Positions 11,710-24,137 of a DNA stretch of 64,000 bases are shown here, in pieces. The notes under the pieces were generated by a model that saw only the letters and a program-made list of their open reading frames with translations, did not search any database and was not told the DNA's origin. This stretch comes from Epithemia pelagica (taxonomy: Eukaryota; Protista; Bacillariophyta): positions 2,976,001 through 3,040,000 of the forward strand of contig OX337239.1 of assembly GCA_946965045.2 (NCBI GenBank). Reading direction: 5' to 3'. Made by a program: the position numbers and the translations under genes. The first letter of the stretch is position 1; each line of letters starts with the position of its first letter.

Positions 11710-12399
11710 TTAAAGGTCACTCTCCATGGAAGCCACACTGCTTTCACCAGAATCCAAACTGTCATTCGTTTCGATCTTGATATGCTTCTGTGCAAACGAA
11801 ACAGCCTTCTCCACAGATGCATTAACATTATCCTGACCACCACCAGCATGCTTCTTGTTGTTGGTCTTCTGGACGTCATCACCAGTTAAATCAATCAGCG
11901 CAGGAGAACTGATATCATCAGTTAAATCAATCACAGCAATGCCTTCCGTGATTTCTTGAGCAAGATCCAGCTTGATGTTGTTTGTGTAGGGGGAAGAGTT
12001 GTTGGAAGTAGCAGTCTTCTTGGATCCACATGCGCTGGTTTTCTTTGGCGGTGGAGTCATTAAATCAATGACTTCTTTGGCTGCAGGCATTGCTCTACCC
12101 TTCTTGGTCCGCTTCTTCTCTGCGGCCTGATTAATAGCACCACCAGCAGCTGCAATCGGAGCCCTGGCACAAGCTGCAATCGGAGCACTGGCCGAAGAGT
12201 CCACAACCTTATTCTTACCAGCCACTACGTCCTTCTTCTTGTTGGTAACCTCCTTGGTGTTCACTCGGTTCTTGTTACGGACACTGAGGCGACGGCCTCC
12301 AACAAATTCAGACATGATGGATGATTCTGATAAAATGGACAAAAGCGTGCCGTTTTCTGCTGTGCTTCCTTTTGTGAGAACATGGCAAACGTTCATCAC
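11710..12399 (-). CDS. Hypothetical Lys/Ala-rich cargo ORF in the pogo element
   Basis: 229-aa ORF with repeated VIDL motifs (EVIDLM, AVIDLT, ALIDLT) resembling SUMO-interacting motifs. No recognised domain. Confidence 0.35.
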   Translation of the reverse strand: MMNVCHVLTKGSTAENGTLLSILSESSIMSEFVGGRRLSVRNKNRVNTKEVTNKKKDVVAGKNKVVDSSASAPIAACARAPIAAAGGAINQAAEKKRTKKGRAMPAAKEVIDLMTPPPKKTSACGSKKTATSNNSSPYTNNIKLDLAQEITEGIAVIDLTDDISSPALIDLTGDDVQKTNNKKHAGGGQDNVNASVEKAVSFAQKHIKIETNDSLDSGESSVASMESDL

Positions 12400-15300
12400 T
12401 CACATGAAGAGCTTCACAATTCACGAGTCACTCATACAAAACTACAGAATACCTAGTTGAACAGACAACAGTCCGCCAACTGGCGCCAAGAATTGCTGGC
12501 CTGCAGGCGTGGGACGTGGGACGTGTTCGTCAAACTCGACAAGACTCGAAACGCTTCCCACCTCATCTTCTGCAGCGATTGAGAGGTCACAAAAGAAGAG
12601 GTAAGTCAACTTGTTGAGATCAAGAATAGAATCGCATTTCCATTCCTCTCTCTCACGCACAATATACTGCAGCTTTGGATATATAAAAGAATAATGCAGT
12701 TGCCAAATGGTTTTTATATCATTCCTGAACAGGGACAAGAACGCCGACCAGGCGAGAGCTCCACTCTGTTTGCCGAACCGGACGTGAATGTCTATGTGAA
12801 AAACGACATTCCTTCAAGACCAGGCGATGATGATGGGCGTCTGATTGTTGATCGTGGTATGCTCTTGGTACAGCGTTCTGCACCAGACAACATTCTCTCA
12901 ATCCGTGCTTTTGGTCGAGAGAAAACAGATTAGCATACCTTGCCTGACCTTGTCGTTCCCTTTTTCTACATAAATCAGGCATACGACAAGAAAATCTGCT
13001 CCAAGGGTGGATCTGTTACCAAGGGTAAGATTGTTATTTCAACCCACTGGTCTCTCAACACCCAAATGACTATGAACCCGATGGTGATCACTCTCAAAAT
13101 GTCTACGAATGGTCGGAAGACTTTCAAGACAGCCTGCCATAATGGAATGTGCAATTGGCCTCAAGAGACAGGTTTAGCCTTTGTGTAATTTGAATTGTTC
13201 GTAAGAATCTGAACTTGATTGTGTTTATTTTAATCTAGTGAACGTAGACTTTTGCATGGTTATAAGTCGTCTTGCCATCCGAGCTCAACGAAGAGCCGCC
13301 GCCGGACAACGACTGACATCCTCTGCCACTGCAGTGCCTTGCACAAAAAGCACAATCTCTGATTGTCTGTGTCTTCCACCAGCTTGTTGTCGTCTCTCAT
13401 GGGTTCCTTCACCAATACACCTACGACTGAAACCACCACCACCACTCCAAACAGTCCAACCACCTTCTTGCATCCTACGTACACAAGGAACCAACCCCCA
13501 CATTGGATTTGAAATTCTTGGCAAATGTGACCCGAAACAATAGACAGCATCAGATGACATGGGAATGTTGGCCATCCAAGATGAACCATCCTGTTGTGCA
13601 TCTTCTCCCGTCCTTGACACGACAACGACGCCCAACAGCAGCGGCGAATCGTCGTCGTCCCCCCTGCAATTCGCCACCACTACTCCCCCGTCAATCGACC
13701 AGTAAGTAGAGACTGGACCATCATCAATGAAGACAAGGTTAAGCCATCGACAAGCCCAACACTGTTTTGGTAATTGTTGTAGTTGTGGTTGTGGTTGCCG
13801 TTGCGGTTCGATATTGGTTGATTGGTGAGTTTTGTTGTTTTTGATGGGCGCATCGGCCAGCAACCAATCCCTTGTGCAAGGTGCCTTGGGCAGGCTATTT
13901 GCACAATATCAACTGTTGTGATCCACTAAGAAGCCCTGGGTTAGGATTCAACAAAAGCAAGCAAGGAAATGGTGAGTTGTATGGCAGAAGACGTCGATGA
14001 CACAAAATGACACGAATCTCACCAAAATTTGCCTTCTGCTCTGGCTCTTTTTTGGATGCCACAACCACAACCAACTCAAAGATGGAGCTACATACTTTCT
14101 GAGAACACTATTGTTGGGAGTTTAGAGGCCTTACTTGACCCATGGTGCTCAGCAATCGGTCGAGAACGGCCGACAACAATGGTCGAATTTCTAGAAACCT
14201 TAATGTGTACAAAAAAAATGTCATTTTTTAGGGTTTTGTCATTAGGTACTAAACGCGTAGTCTATAAAGGGAATGATTATTGTGTCCGGAAACCACCCCT
14301 TTGCTTGCCATCGTCTTCCCAAAGTTGCTCTTCTCTTTCCTTTTCGCTTCCATACTTATGGCGACCCATACGCGTTTCCGTGACGGTCGAGGATTTTGAG
14401 CGCGCGCGCCGCGCATGCTCCGCATCTCTGCATCCGCCCACCGATAATATAGACGCGCGGAGCATGCATCGTGGAGCATGCATTGCTCCCCCATATCCAT
14501 GCTCCGCCCATGTTCCGCGTGCCCGATAACTTAAGGGCTGGGTCATCGATTTGACTGCACGTCTTCCAAATGCTAAGGGGCCGTATAGGGTTAAGGATTT
14601 CGTCATTTTATGCCATTTTGTGCACGGGGGTTTTTGAAATGAGCTTAAAAAAGTGATGTTTCCGAAGCCATCACGAGATCCCTACGACGTAAACGAGGTC
14701 TTCCCCCTCTTCTTGACCATTGGGTCTCTTCCAACGCATGGCTTGAGTACCTCATTGCTCATGAAGAATTGATGCCTGAAACAACAGAAGACACACTCAT
14801 CAGAGTCTTCCGTAGATATTTTTGTGACCATGAACGGGTCCTGGCACAACGGCACAATGTCGTTGTGAACCATGAAAAGAAGGAGAGAAATGCTAGGCAA
14901 TGGTTCTACTTTCTATCCAAACCAATCTTCAATAAAGAATGGAAGGAGGAAGAGACTGAAAGGATGAAGGAGTATACTGGGGACCATTGGCAACACTTTT
15001 TTGACACAATCACAGGAACACGTCAAGAGACCGACCAGTCCCGACAAACCAATACAGCATCAAATATGCACTCAACCTACGCAGAAACAGCTTTGAATGT
15101 GTCTGGTCAAGAGAATGATGCAGCTATTCTGTATGAAGCTGTTTCTGGAGCTACTTTGGCACCATTTGTTTCACCTGATGTGGTGAGACGACAGCACTGC
15201 CCTCGTCTGATCCACTTCTCCAGAAAAATCAGAATGACCGGGTGTATCGACAATGTTGAGAACCATGGAGGCACCATCCAAGGTCTGGTAGGGAACTTTT

Positions 15301-15519
15301 GTGACTTTGGATGTGATGGTAATTCCTCGCTCCTTTTCCAAATCGCCCGAATCCATGAGACGAGACAAGGCTTCGGCGGACGTTGGGTCATAACTTTGTT
15401 TGGCTGCCACCAACAACTTGTCAACCATGGTTGTCTTGCCATGATCGACGTGGGCAATAATGGCCACATTGCGAATCACCTGACGTCGAAAGGTTTCGAA
15501 ATTCGTGTCCATTGGAGCT

Positions 15520-15849
15520 AGTCAGAGTTAACAAGGACGGGAAGATCTCGGAGAGGTCTGACCGCCAACGAACTAACCCGTGGGAAAACTACCCTCCCAT
15601 GGATTTCCTAACATAACCATGCGGGAGTCTAATGTTCCTATGATTTAGGTCAAGTCATGGATGAAATGAACCAGACAAGGAACGAATGAATAGACGACCT
15701 TGAAAAAGCAAAGTTCTAGAATAAACAACCTTATAATATCATCAGAACAACTTTGCTAAAGCAACTTGTTCGTCCAACTTGCTGCAGAGGACTGATCAAC
15801 TCTGTAGCGAGCCCAGTGGTATTGCCTAGTTTACTTGCGTACACTGATT
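15520..15849 (+). repeat. 5' LTR (330 bp)
   Basis: AGTCAGAG...CACTGATT. One visible mismatch versus the 3' LTR. Confidence 0.95.
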
Positions 15850-15862
15850 GGTTATTGAGCCC
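15850..15862 (+). promoter_or_regulatory. PBS GGTTATTGAGCCC (initiator-Met half-tRNA type)
   Basis: Abuts the LTR. Resembles the Drosophila copia PBS GGTTATGGGCCC, which is complementary to the tRNAi-Met anticodon arm. Confidence 0.7.
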
Positions 15863-16088
15863 AATTGTTGTTTCTAACAATTGCTTGCGCTTCCTTTTGT
15901 CGCCCTGGAGATTGTTGAGTCGACGCAGCATCTCCTTCCCTTTGCCTCGCACCGAGAGCCCGTTCCCGAACCGTTCCCTTGCACCAGCCAACTGGTAGCC
16001 TCCTTCCAAGCTGTCGGACCAACAAGAGTCTCCGACCTACAGCCTTGGCAGTTTCTCCTTCCCCAAATACGACGAAGAAGAAATCCTT

Positions 16089-19000
16089 TTGACCGACAAT
16101 TCCGCCGCCGAAGACAACGAGCCAGAGATTGTTGAGATACCGTTGATTGTTGAGCCAAACATGTCTGCTCCTGCACCACCTCCTCCGCCAACAACCACTA
16201 CCTTCCGTCCGACGAAACCCATCATGGGCGATCTGATTCAGACCGATGAAACCAAATGGGCCGTTTGGACTGGTGGTAAGCCGAATGCCACCTGGACTGG
16301 CCTTGATTCGTCCGCTGCCACCCACGACAAGACCCCCTTTCAACGACGCTTCGCCAAGGATGCTTCCGCCTTTGAAGCCCGATGTGCCGGACTACCGCAC
16401 CTGTTCAAGAAAGGACATAATCTGAATCAGTTTATGAAAGATATCAAGGAGACACTGGAGATTCGGGGTATGGACACCATAACTTACCTTGTTGACCCTG
16501 CCGATCCGACTGTGATGCGCAACATCATCTCCGAGCACACTCGCTTCACCGCTGAGTATGTTTCTACCGTTGCTGCCACCCAGAAGAAGAAGTATGACAG
16601 CTACGATGTGCAGAATGACACTGCTGCCATTCAAATGTTTAAGGCCTCTCTGGATTCGCGGCTCGTGCAACAAGTGAAGAATTGTCTCAAGCCTGACATG
16701 TGTTTTCTTGAAGCATGGATGATTTTGATCACGGTTGTCCAAACGGACTCCGTTGATAAGTACGACAAGCTCAAGCAAGATATCAAGTCACGCACGCCGT
16801 TCCTCTACTCTGGACAGAACATCACGACTATGGCCCAGACTACTCGCGAGTCGTGTGATGATTTAGTTGCAGCCAGTTTCTTCGAGCAGTCGCTTGTCCT
16901 TACCATTCTCGAGTCGTTCTTGCTCGCAGATGGAAGTGAGTTCTACAAGCAGTCCCTTCTCCAGCTCCACTCCAAGGTCCACTCCAAGATTTTGGATATC
17001 CGCTACAAGCACCACGATGACCAACAACGTGCTATGGAAGCCGATGGTATCTCCTACGATGATATCTGCCGTATTGCTGACGATCTCTACGTTACTGATG
17101 TAGCTAAAGGACGTTGGTCGCCCGCCGTTTCGAATCGAGACTCCAAGACTCCTGCCCGAGCCTTCTCCAACTTGTCCACTGTGCAAACTCTTGCTCTCCA
17201 GCAGCACATGACAAGCCGTCAATCGAATCGCCCGAAAAAAAGTCCAACTCATTCCAGTCGTCAAGCAATCGCTCCTGTTCCTCCGGCAATCAATCCAACC
17301 ATCGCTCCAACCGATCCCAGAGCGACAACAACAGCCGCAGTTCCAACCGCTCAAGTGGATCGACCAACTGGCGTCGTGTCCCACCGACTGACCCCAACGA
17401 ATCCACACGAGCTGTTGACGGTGTCACGTACTATTGGTGTGGTGTCTGTCGTCGTTGGACCACCAACCATACCTCTGAACAGCATTGCAGTGGCATGGGC
17501 AAGAACAACAAGAAGCCGCAGCGCCCCAAACCTCAAGCCAACACGTTTTGCACCGATGTATCTGCCTGGGCCACCCGTTTTCCCTTGTACTCGCCCATCC
17601 GAAGCGTCCGCGCCGCAAGTCCACCCGTTGAACCCGACTCCTCTTCCGCTGGTAGCTCTGTCCCAGACTCGTTCTGGGACAACTTCAGCAATGACTCCGC
17701 TGAAGACGACGACCATGTCAACGCAGATGCCTTGCCCGACCAAGCTTCCAACGATGTCCATGTCTTCCATGGCAACGACCTTGTTCCTGCATGGGCGATG
17801 GACAATGATGATGATTTCGCTGCCGACAATTCGAGCACCGACTTGCTCTCTTTGGATGCTGCTGCTCCAAAAGCCGACGATGATGCCAACTCCCATGACT
17901 CTACCATGTCTTGGACCAATGTTGATGATCCGGTGATGGACTCCAAGCCTTCAGCAACAACCCTCCAAGCCATGCCTGCTGCCTTCCCTTCTGTTGCCCG
18001 TCCCTCCGTTCAATTTGAAGATCCGTCGTCTTCCCCTGACACCTCGAAAGACGACGATGCCAAACTATGCGGTGAAGTACCTTCCGCTTCACTCAAGCAC
18101 GACTGTGACACGTCTGCCGTACACGATTCGGCACAGTCTCCACGTTCCCCCACTTCTGTGCACGAACCACCTTTGTCTCAACGTGACAAGGTTCTCTCCA
18201 GTGAATTCGTGTACGATGCCTGTACAGCCCTTCTGGAAAATTTGGATCTCACCGGTGACTTAACCGACCCCAAGACTCAAGCGCCCGCCTCTCCGGACGA
18301 ACTTCATGTCATGCTCTCCACAGCTTCCGAGTACTTACTTCATCTCCACACGGCTTGTGTGAAAGAACCAGATTCTGCCTTGCGACAGGACCTACTAGAC
18401 AAGATTCCCCTCCATCAGACACGTTTGAAACAGATTTGGCTATATGTGTTAGATCAAGAAATGACTTTCGGTTCTCCCTACCAAGACCGTCGTCCCCTTT
18501 TGTCTACCACGCACGATGCAGTTTGGCATTTGGCCAACACTCCCCTACCAGTTTTCGATGCTGCGTCCTCCACTCCTTCTGACGCTCCTGACTCAAAACC
18601 ACCCCCTGCGGAGCCCCAACCAAGTGACCATGCCGTTGAACTCTCGTCGTCGCCCATGCCTCCGACCAAGAAGCCACGTACTGATCTACATGCCACTTAT
18701 CTCTGTTTCCTCAAGCATCCCAAGCTGAAGGTCACTCCCGTCGATTTCTCCGATGCCTTCAACTCTGTTCCCTTTGATCATGTGCCTGTGCCTCGTACAG
18801 TGTCTTTCTGCACTCGTCGTTCCCCAAGTCCTCGTGTCCCTTCCCGTCGTCCTCGTGCTGTTCCATCCAAGGCCAAGCCCCAGCCGAAGCCGAACAAGAA
18901 GAAGAAGAAGAAGTTTCATCGTCGTCGCTTCCATGCACAACGCCCACGACCACCACCAGTGCCTCGCCCCAAGCCGTTGCCACCCCATCTTCGTTGTCTC

Positions 19001-22000
19001 CAACGGCCTTATTTGCCTCCGAACTATGTGCCACCCCACCACGTTTCCAAGTCTACCGCGTGGTCCCTTGGCAAGCGCCTCAAGTTATGATTGTTGGGTT
19101 GCCTTTCTGTTTTATTGTCGTGTGAAGCTCTCGGTTATCCGTGCCTTTCGTTTGTGGCCCGCCTCCTTTGGCGTCTTGGTTGCCACCTACCGGTTCTGTT
19201 TTGTTGGTTCTCGTTGGCCCTGTGTGTGACCTCTCTTTGCCCTAAACTGGAAGCCCGTGCCCAGTCTTGGTTCTACGGCCCACCAAGTCAAGACCAAACG
19301 ATCCCCTGGACACCCTTTTGGCGTCTCATTGAACCGACTCTGTTCCCCTCCTCATCTTTTGCCTCACGAGAGGGAGAGAGGAAGCAGCCAACTGGTCATC
19401 CACCATGTTATGGCATCAGCTCCATTCCGGTTGATTGTCAAGACAAATTCGTTCGGAACCCAGACCAGCCGTCAATTTCGATCACGTATCGATCAAAAGA
19501 TGAGCTCCCGACAAGACCGTACATCCTCGACCACCCTTTTCGCACATTCACCGAGCAATACGAATACCGACAGAGGAAGATGTATGAGTACATCTTGAAG
19601 AAACCTGAGCGAGACCGATACCGTTCACCAAATCACCCCGACTCATTGCTGGACTCAGAGCATCTCCGAATGGCATGCGTGGCAGCAGCGAAAGTGTTCA
19701 ACGAACTACACAAGCTGTCAAAATGGAACGAAGCACGGCAGAGGAAGTTTCAACCGAACAAGACAAACAAGAAAAACAAATGGAACAAGAACAAGAGTAA
19801 AAGGAAAGATGAGAACGAACTCAACCTTGGAAGCGCGCGCAAGAGTTAACCTTCGAAGCTCATGGCATGTAGTGCAATCAAACACTACAGTGCCGCTCTC
19901 AAGATGGCTCTCCAAGCTCCATCCAAGTTTCGTGGTTCCATGACCGACTCGACCATGTTCCCGATTGTTTGGGACTCGGGTGCAAGCACAGCTGTTTCAT
20001 TCTGCAAGGAAGACTTTGTTGGACCAATTGAACCACTTGAAGATGAAGAAATGCAATTGAGTGGAGTCGCACAAGAAGTGAAAGTTGAGGGAACAGGGCA
20101 TGTCAAGTGGTCTATGATGGACGAAAGTGGTGGATTGCGTACCTTTGTTCTGCCTGCACTCTATGTGCCATTGTCAACGATCCGTCTGTTGAGCACGACA
20201 CATCTGCTGCAAACCTATCCAGGTGAATCGATCACTCAAACCAACTCTAGTGTGAGACTGTCAGGCATCAAAGACGACCCAAAGCGACGCAGTATCCGAG
20301 TCCACATTGACCCAGAAAACAACTTACCTCAGTGTTACGGGTACACGGACAAAGGAATCAAGAAAGCAACACGAGCAATGGCAAACACCGTCTCGTGTGT
20401 TGACGATGCCAATCTGAACCTATCCGCCCCTTCAAAGGAATGGCTCAAGTGGCACTACCGTCTTGGGCATGTGAGCTTTCGAAAATTGCAAATGTTGTTT
20501 CGAAGCGGAGTTTTGGCTGCCACCGAATCTGCCAAACGATTGCACACTGCCATTTGTAAATTGGTCACTCCTCCTTTATGCGCTGCGTGCCAATACGGTC
20601 GACAGAAGCTACGTTCAAGTCCAGGACAGAAGACGATCAAGATCCAAGACAACGAAGGAGCTTTGAAACGAGAGAACTTGTTTGCTGGACAGTGTGTGTC
20701 CGCCGACCATTTTGTGAATTCAACCAAGGGTCGTCTGTTTACATCAAAAGGAAAGACAAAAGAAGACAAGATGTACTCAGGAGGATGCATTTTTTGTTGA
20801 TCATGCAAGCGGCTATATCTTTGTCGCGTTTCAGACGCACCTTAACACGCACGAAACGTTGAAAGCCAAGGACGCCTTCGAGAAGCATTGCAGTGATGTT
20901 GGTGTTGTGGTCCAACAGTATCACACCGACAATGGGAGCGCATTCACTTCGGCCAAATACACCGACCATCTCAAACAATTTCGGCAAATCACTTTGTATG
21001 CCGGAGTTGGAGCGCACCATCACAACGGTGTGGCCGAACGGGCCATCCAGACGATCATGTCGATCAGTCGGACGATGATGATGCACTCAAGCATCCATTG
21101 GGTCGACGTGGCGGATCCGTCGCTGTGGCCCATGGCCGTCCAACATGCCGTCTTCCTCTTCAATCGACTTCCCAACACTGACACTGGAATCAGCCCCTTT
21201 GACTTGTTCACCAGGACCCGATGGGAGCAACGTCGTTTCCATGATTGTCACGTTTGGGGATCGCCGGTCTATGTGTTGGACAAGACCAACGCTGACGGAA
21301 AGAAGATCCCTCGCTGGAAACCAAGGTCGACTCGTGGAATGTTTGTCGGGTTCAGCAACCAACACGCCCATTCTTCGCCACTCGTTCTGAACCTTGAGAC
21401 CGGTGCCATTACTCCCCAGTATCACTTGATCTTTGATGACTGGTTTGCAACCGTCACCGCCACTGATTCTTCTGATCGAGCCGCTACCGCCGACGCTGTC
21501 CTGACCAAGATCTTTGGCGACTTGTCAAACCATCTACATGCACCAGGATACGAGAGTTGTGATGGCGATGACTCCGAGGACTGGTATTCTGTTTCGGATG
21601 CAACATCCTTTCACCGTCACTCGCAAAATGTCGAAAAGATCTCTGAAGCCATCGATCACACGTCCCCAATCGTTCCCCTAACCGTGCCACCTTTACCAGC
21701 ACGTGCCTCCAGTCCCTTGACACAGTCACACCGGCAACACCTTTTCCGACTGTCACGCTGTCCGTGCCTACTCCCGTTGCACAGTCTGAGTCTGTTGAGC
21801 CTCCTCACGACACGAGTCCGCGCAAGGTGAGCTTCGCTGAGCCACCTGTCTCCGATCTCGTCCCCGTTTCGTCGGTTCAGAGGGAGAGTGAACCAAGTGT
21901 TGATCCAGTTGAGACTCCATCACCCACACCAGCTGTTACCGTGACACCATCGCCCAAGACTCCGCCATCTTCTCGTCAGAGGGAGTCTACTCCACCACCA

Positions 22001-23740
22001 GTACGTCGCTCCGGTCGAGAACGCAAACCTACAACGAGACTCATTGAAACTATGACGGCTGCCTTTCGCTTCTCCGTTTCACCGTTTCTCAACGCATGGA
22101 TGGCATCATCTACAGCAAGTTTTGGTACACCACCGTCTCCTACTATGCTTAAGGCTGCTAAAAGTGATCCTGACACCTTGTCTTACCAAGAAGCAATGGC
22201 AACTGACGAATATTTGGAATGGTGCAAGGCTGCAAACAGGGAAATTGATGAGTTAACCGAAAAGGGAACATGGAATGAAGTCCCTGCAAGCAAAGCAAAG
22301 ACAAGAATCATTCCTGGCACGTGGGTATTCAAGAGGAAGAGGCACCCTGACGGCACTATGAAAAAGTATAAGGCAAGATACTGTGTCAAAGGTGACCTTT
22401 AAAAAGGAACATTCGAGACGTACTCACCTGTCGTCTCATGGACCACCATTCGGATTGTTTTGGTTTTGGCCCTTACCCTCGGTTGGGTAATGGTGTGTGT
22501 CGATTTCAGTAATGCCTTCGTGCAGGCCGAGCTCGACGAGCCAATCTGGATCCAAATTCCAAAAGGGTACCACTCAACGTCATCCGTACCAACATGCCTC
22601 CAACTGTTGAAGAGTCTGTATGGTTTGTCCGTGGCCCCTCGGTTGTGGTATCTGAAGTTGAAACAGGCCTTACTTGATGATGGGTTCCAACAAAGCAACC
22701 ATGACGAATGCTTGTTTCTGAAGGAAGACATGATTGTGTTCTTGTGGGTTGACGATTGTGGGATCATTGCAAAGACCATGCAAATTGTTGACGACTTCAT
22801 CAAGAGATTGGAAAAGGCAGGGTTTGCCTTGACAAAGGACAGTGACTTCGCCGAGTACCTTGGCATCAACTTCGCGCACAACAAAGAGGATGGAACCATC
22901 AGCATGACGCAACCAGGATTAATCAAGAAAATTGTTGCAGCAACTGGGATGGAGAACTGCAACCCCAATCGAACACCAGCAGCACAAGCAGCACTTGGAA
23001 GCGACGAAGATGGACCACCCATGGCAGAACAATGGCACTATCGATCCATCGTCGGAATGTTGTTGTATCTTTCAAACAACACCCAACCCGACATTGCCTT
23101 CGCCGTATCGCAAGTTGCCCGATTCTCCAACAACCCCAAAGCAAGTCATGCAAAAGCTATCAAGTGGATTGTCCGTTATCTGGCCTCGACAATGAACCAA
23201 GGAACCATCTTCCATCCAACCACCAAGTACCAGCTTGATTGTTACGTCGATGCTGATTTCATGGGGCTTCATGGACGCGAAAAAGAAGAGAAGCCAATCA
23301 GCGCCAAATCTCGAACCGGTTACATCATCAACTTTGGAGGATGTCCGCTGATTTGGAAGTCACAGCTCCAGTCAGAAACCGCTCTGAACACCTTCCACGC
23401 CAAATATGTTGCCTTGTCCCAGTGTATGAGAGAAATCTTGTGGATCTAATGAGTTTTTAAAGAGATCAACAGCACCTTGAAATTGCCAACCGACACACCA
23501 AACATCCACGCAACTGTGTTTGAAGACAACAACAGTGCCTATCTTCTGGCAAACAGTCAAAAGGTGAGCAACCGATCGCGGAGCCTGAACTGCAAGTTTC
23601 ATTTCTTCTGGGAGATGATCAACAACAAATCCGCCACTGTGGAAAAATGTGATACAACTGTGATGCGCGCGGATTATTTGACGAAGGGACTGAACCACGA
23701 AGTGTTCGAACGCCTTCGCAAGTTGAATCAAGGTTGGTGA
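16089..23740 (+). pseudogene. gag-pol: gag-pol polyprotein broken by several frameshifts and stops
   Basis: Gag YYWCGVCRRW, protease IVWDSGAST, GAG-pre-integrase WHYRLGH, integrase SADHF/YHTDNG/NGVAER, RT KYKARYCVKGD/LFLWVDD-type (VFLWVDD), RNase H CYVDADF/EDNNSA/RADYLTK. Confidence 0.9.
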
Positions 23741-23807
23741 CACGACGTCTGCCCTTCACACCATCCGTATCTTTCATTGCTACCCCTCTCATTCGATCTA
23801 GAGGGAG

Positions 23808-24137
23808 AGTCAGAGTTAACAAGGACGGGAAGATCTCGGAGAGGTCTGACCGCCAACGAACTAACCCGTGGGAAAACTACCCTCCCATGGATTTCCTAAC
23901 ATAACCATGCGGGAGTCTAATGTTCCTATGATTTAGGTCAAGTCATGGATGAAATGAACCAGACAAGGAACGAATGAATAGACGACCTTGAAAAAGCAAA
24001 GTTCTAGAATAAACAACCTTATAATATCATCAGAACAACTTTGCTAAAGCAACTTGTTCGTCCAACTTGCTGCAGAGGACTGATCAACTCTGTAGCGAGC
24101 CCAGTGGTATTGCCTAGTTTACTTGCGTACTCTGATT
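23808..24137 (+). repeat. 3' LTR (330 bp), preceded by PPT AGAGGGAG at 23800-23807
   Basis: AGTCAGAG...CTCTGATT. Confidence 0.95.

Larger units (their letters stand above)
5757..14257 (-). mobile_element. pogo-like (Tc1/mariner superfamily) DNA transposon, 8.5 kb, with cargo
   Basis: 24-bp TIRs CACGTTTAATACCTAATGACAAAA / CGCGTTTAGTACCTAATGACAAAA. TA TSD at 5755-56 and 14258-59. Internal DDE_1-type transposase. Confidence 0.85.
15520..24137 (+). mobile_element. Full-length Ty1/copia element (8618 bp) with non-canonical AG...TT LTR ends
   Basis: Two 330-bp LTRs, GAGCT TSD (15515-19 and 24138-42), PBS, PPT, and gag-PR-IN-RT-RH order. Confidence 0.95.

Noticed and set aside
15171-15512. typA fragment as evidence of bacterial contamination or HGT
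   Set aside because: It has a targeting-peptide-like leader and is embedded in eukaryotic TEs. A nucleus-encoded organellar gene fragment is the simpler explanation.
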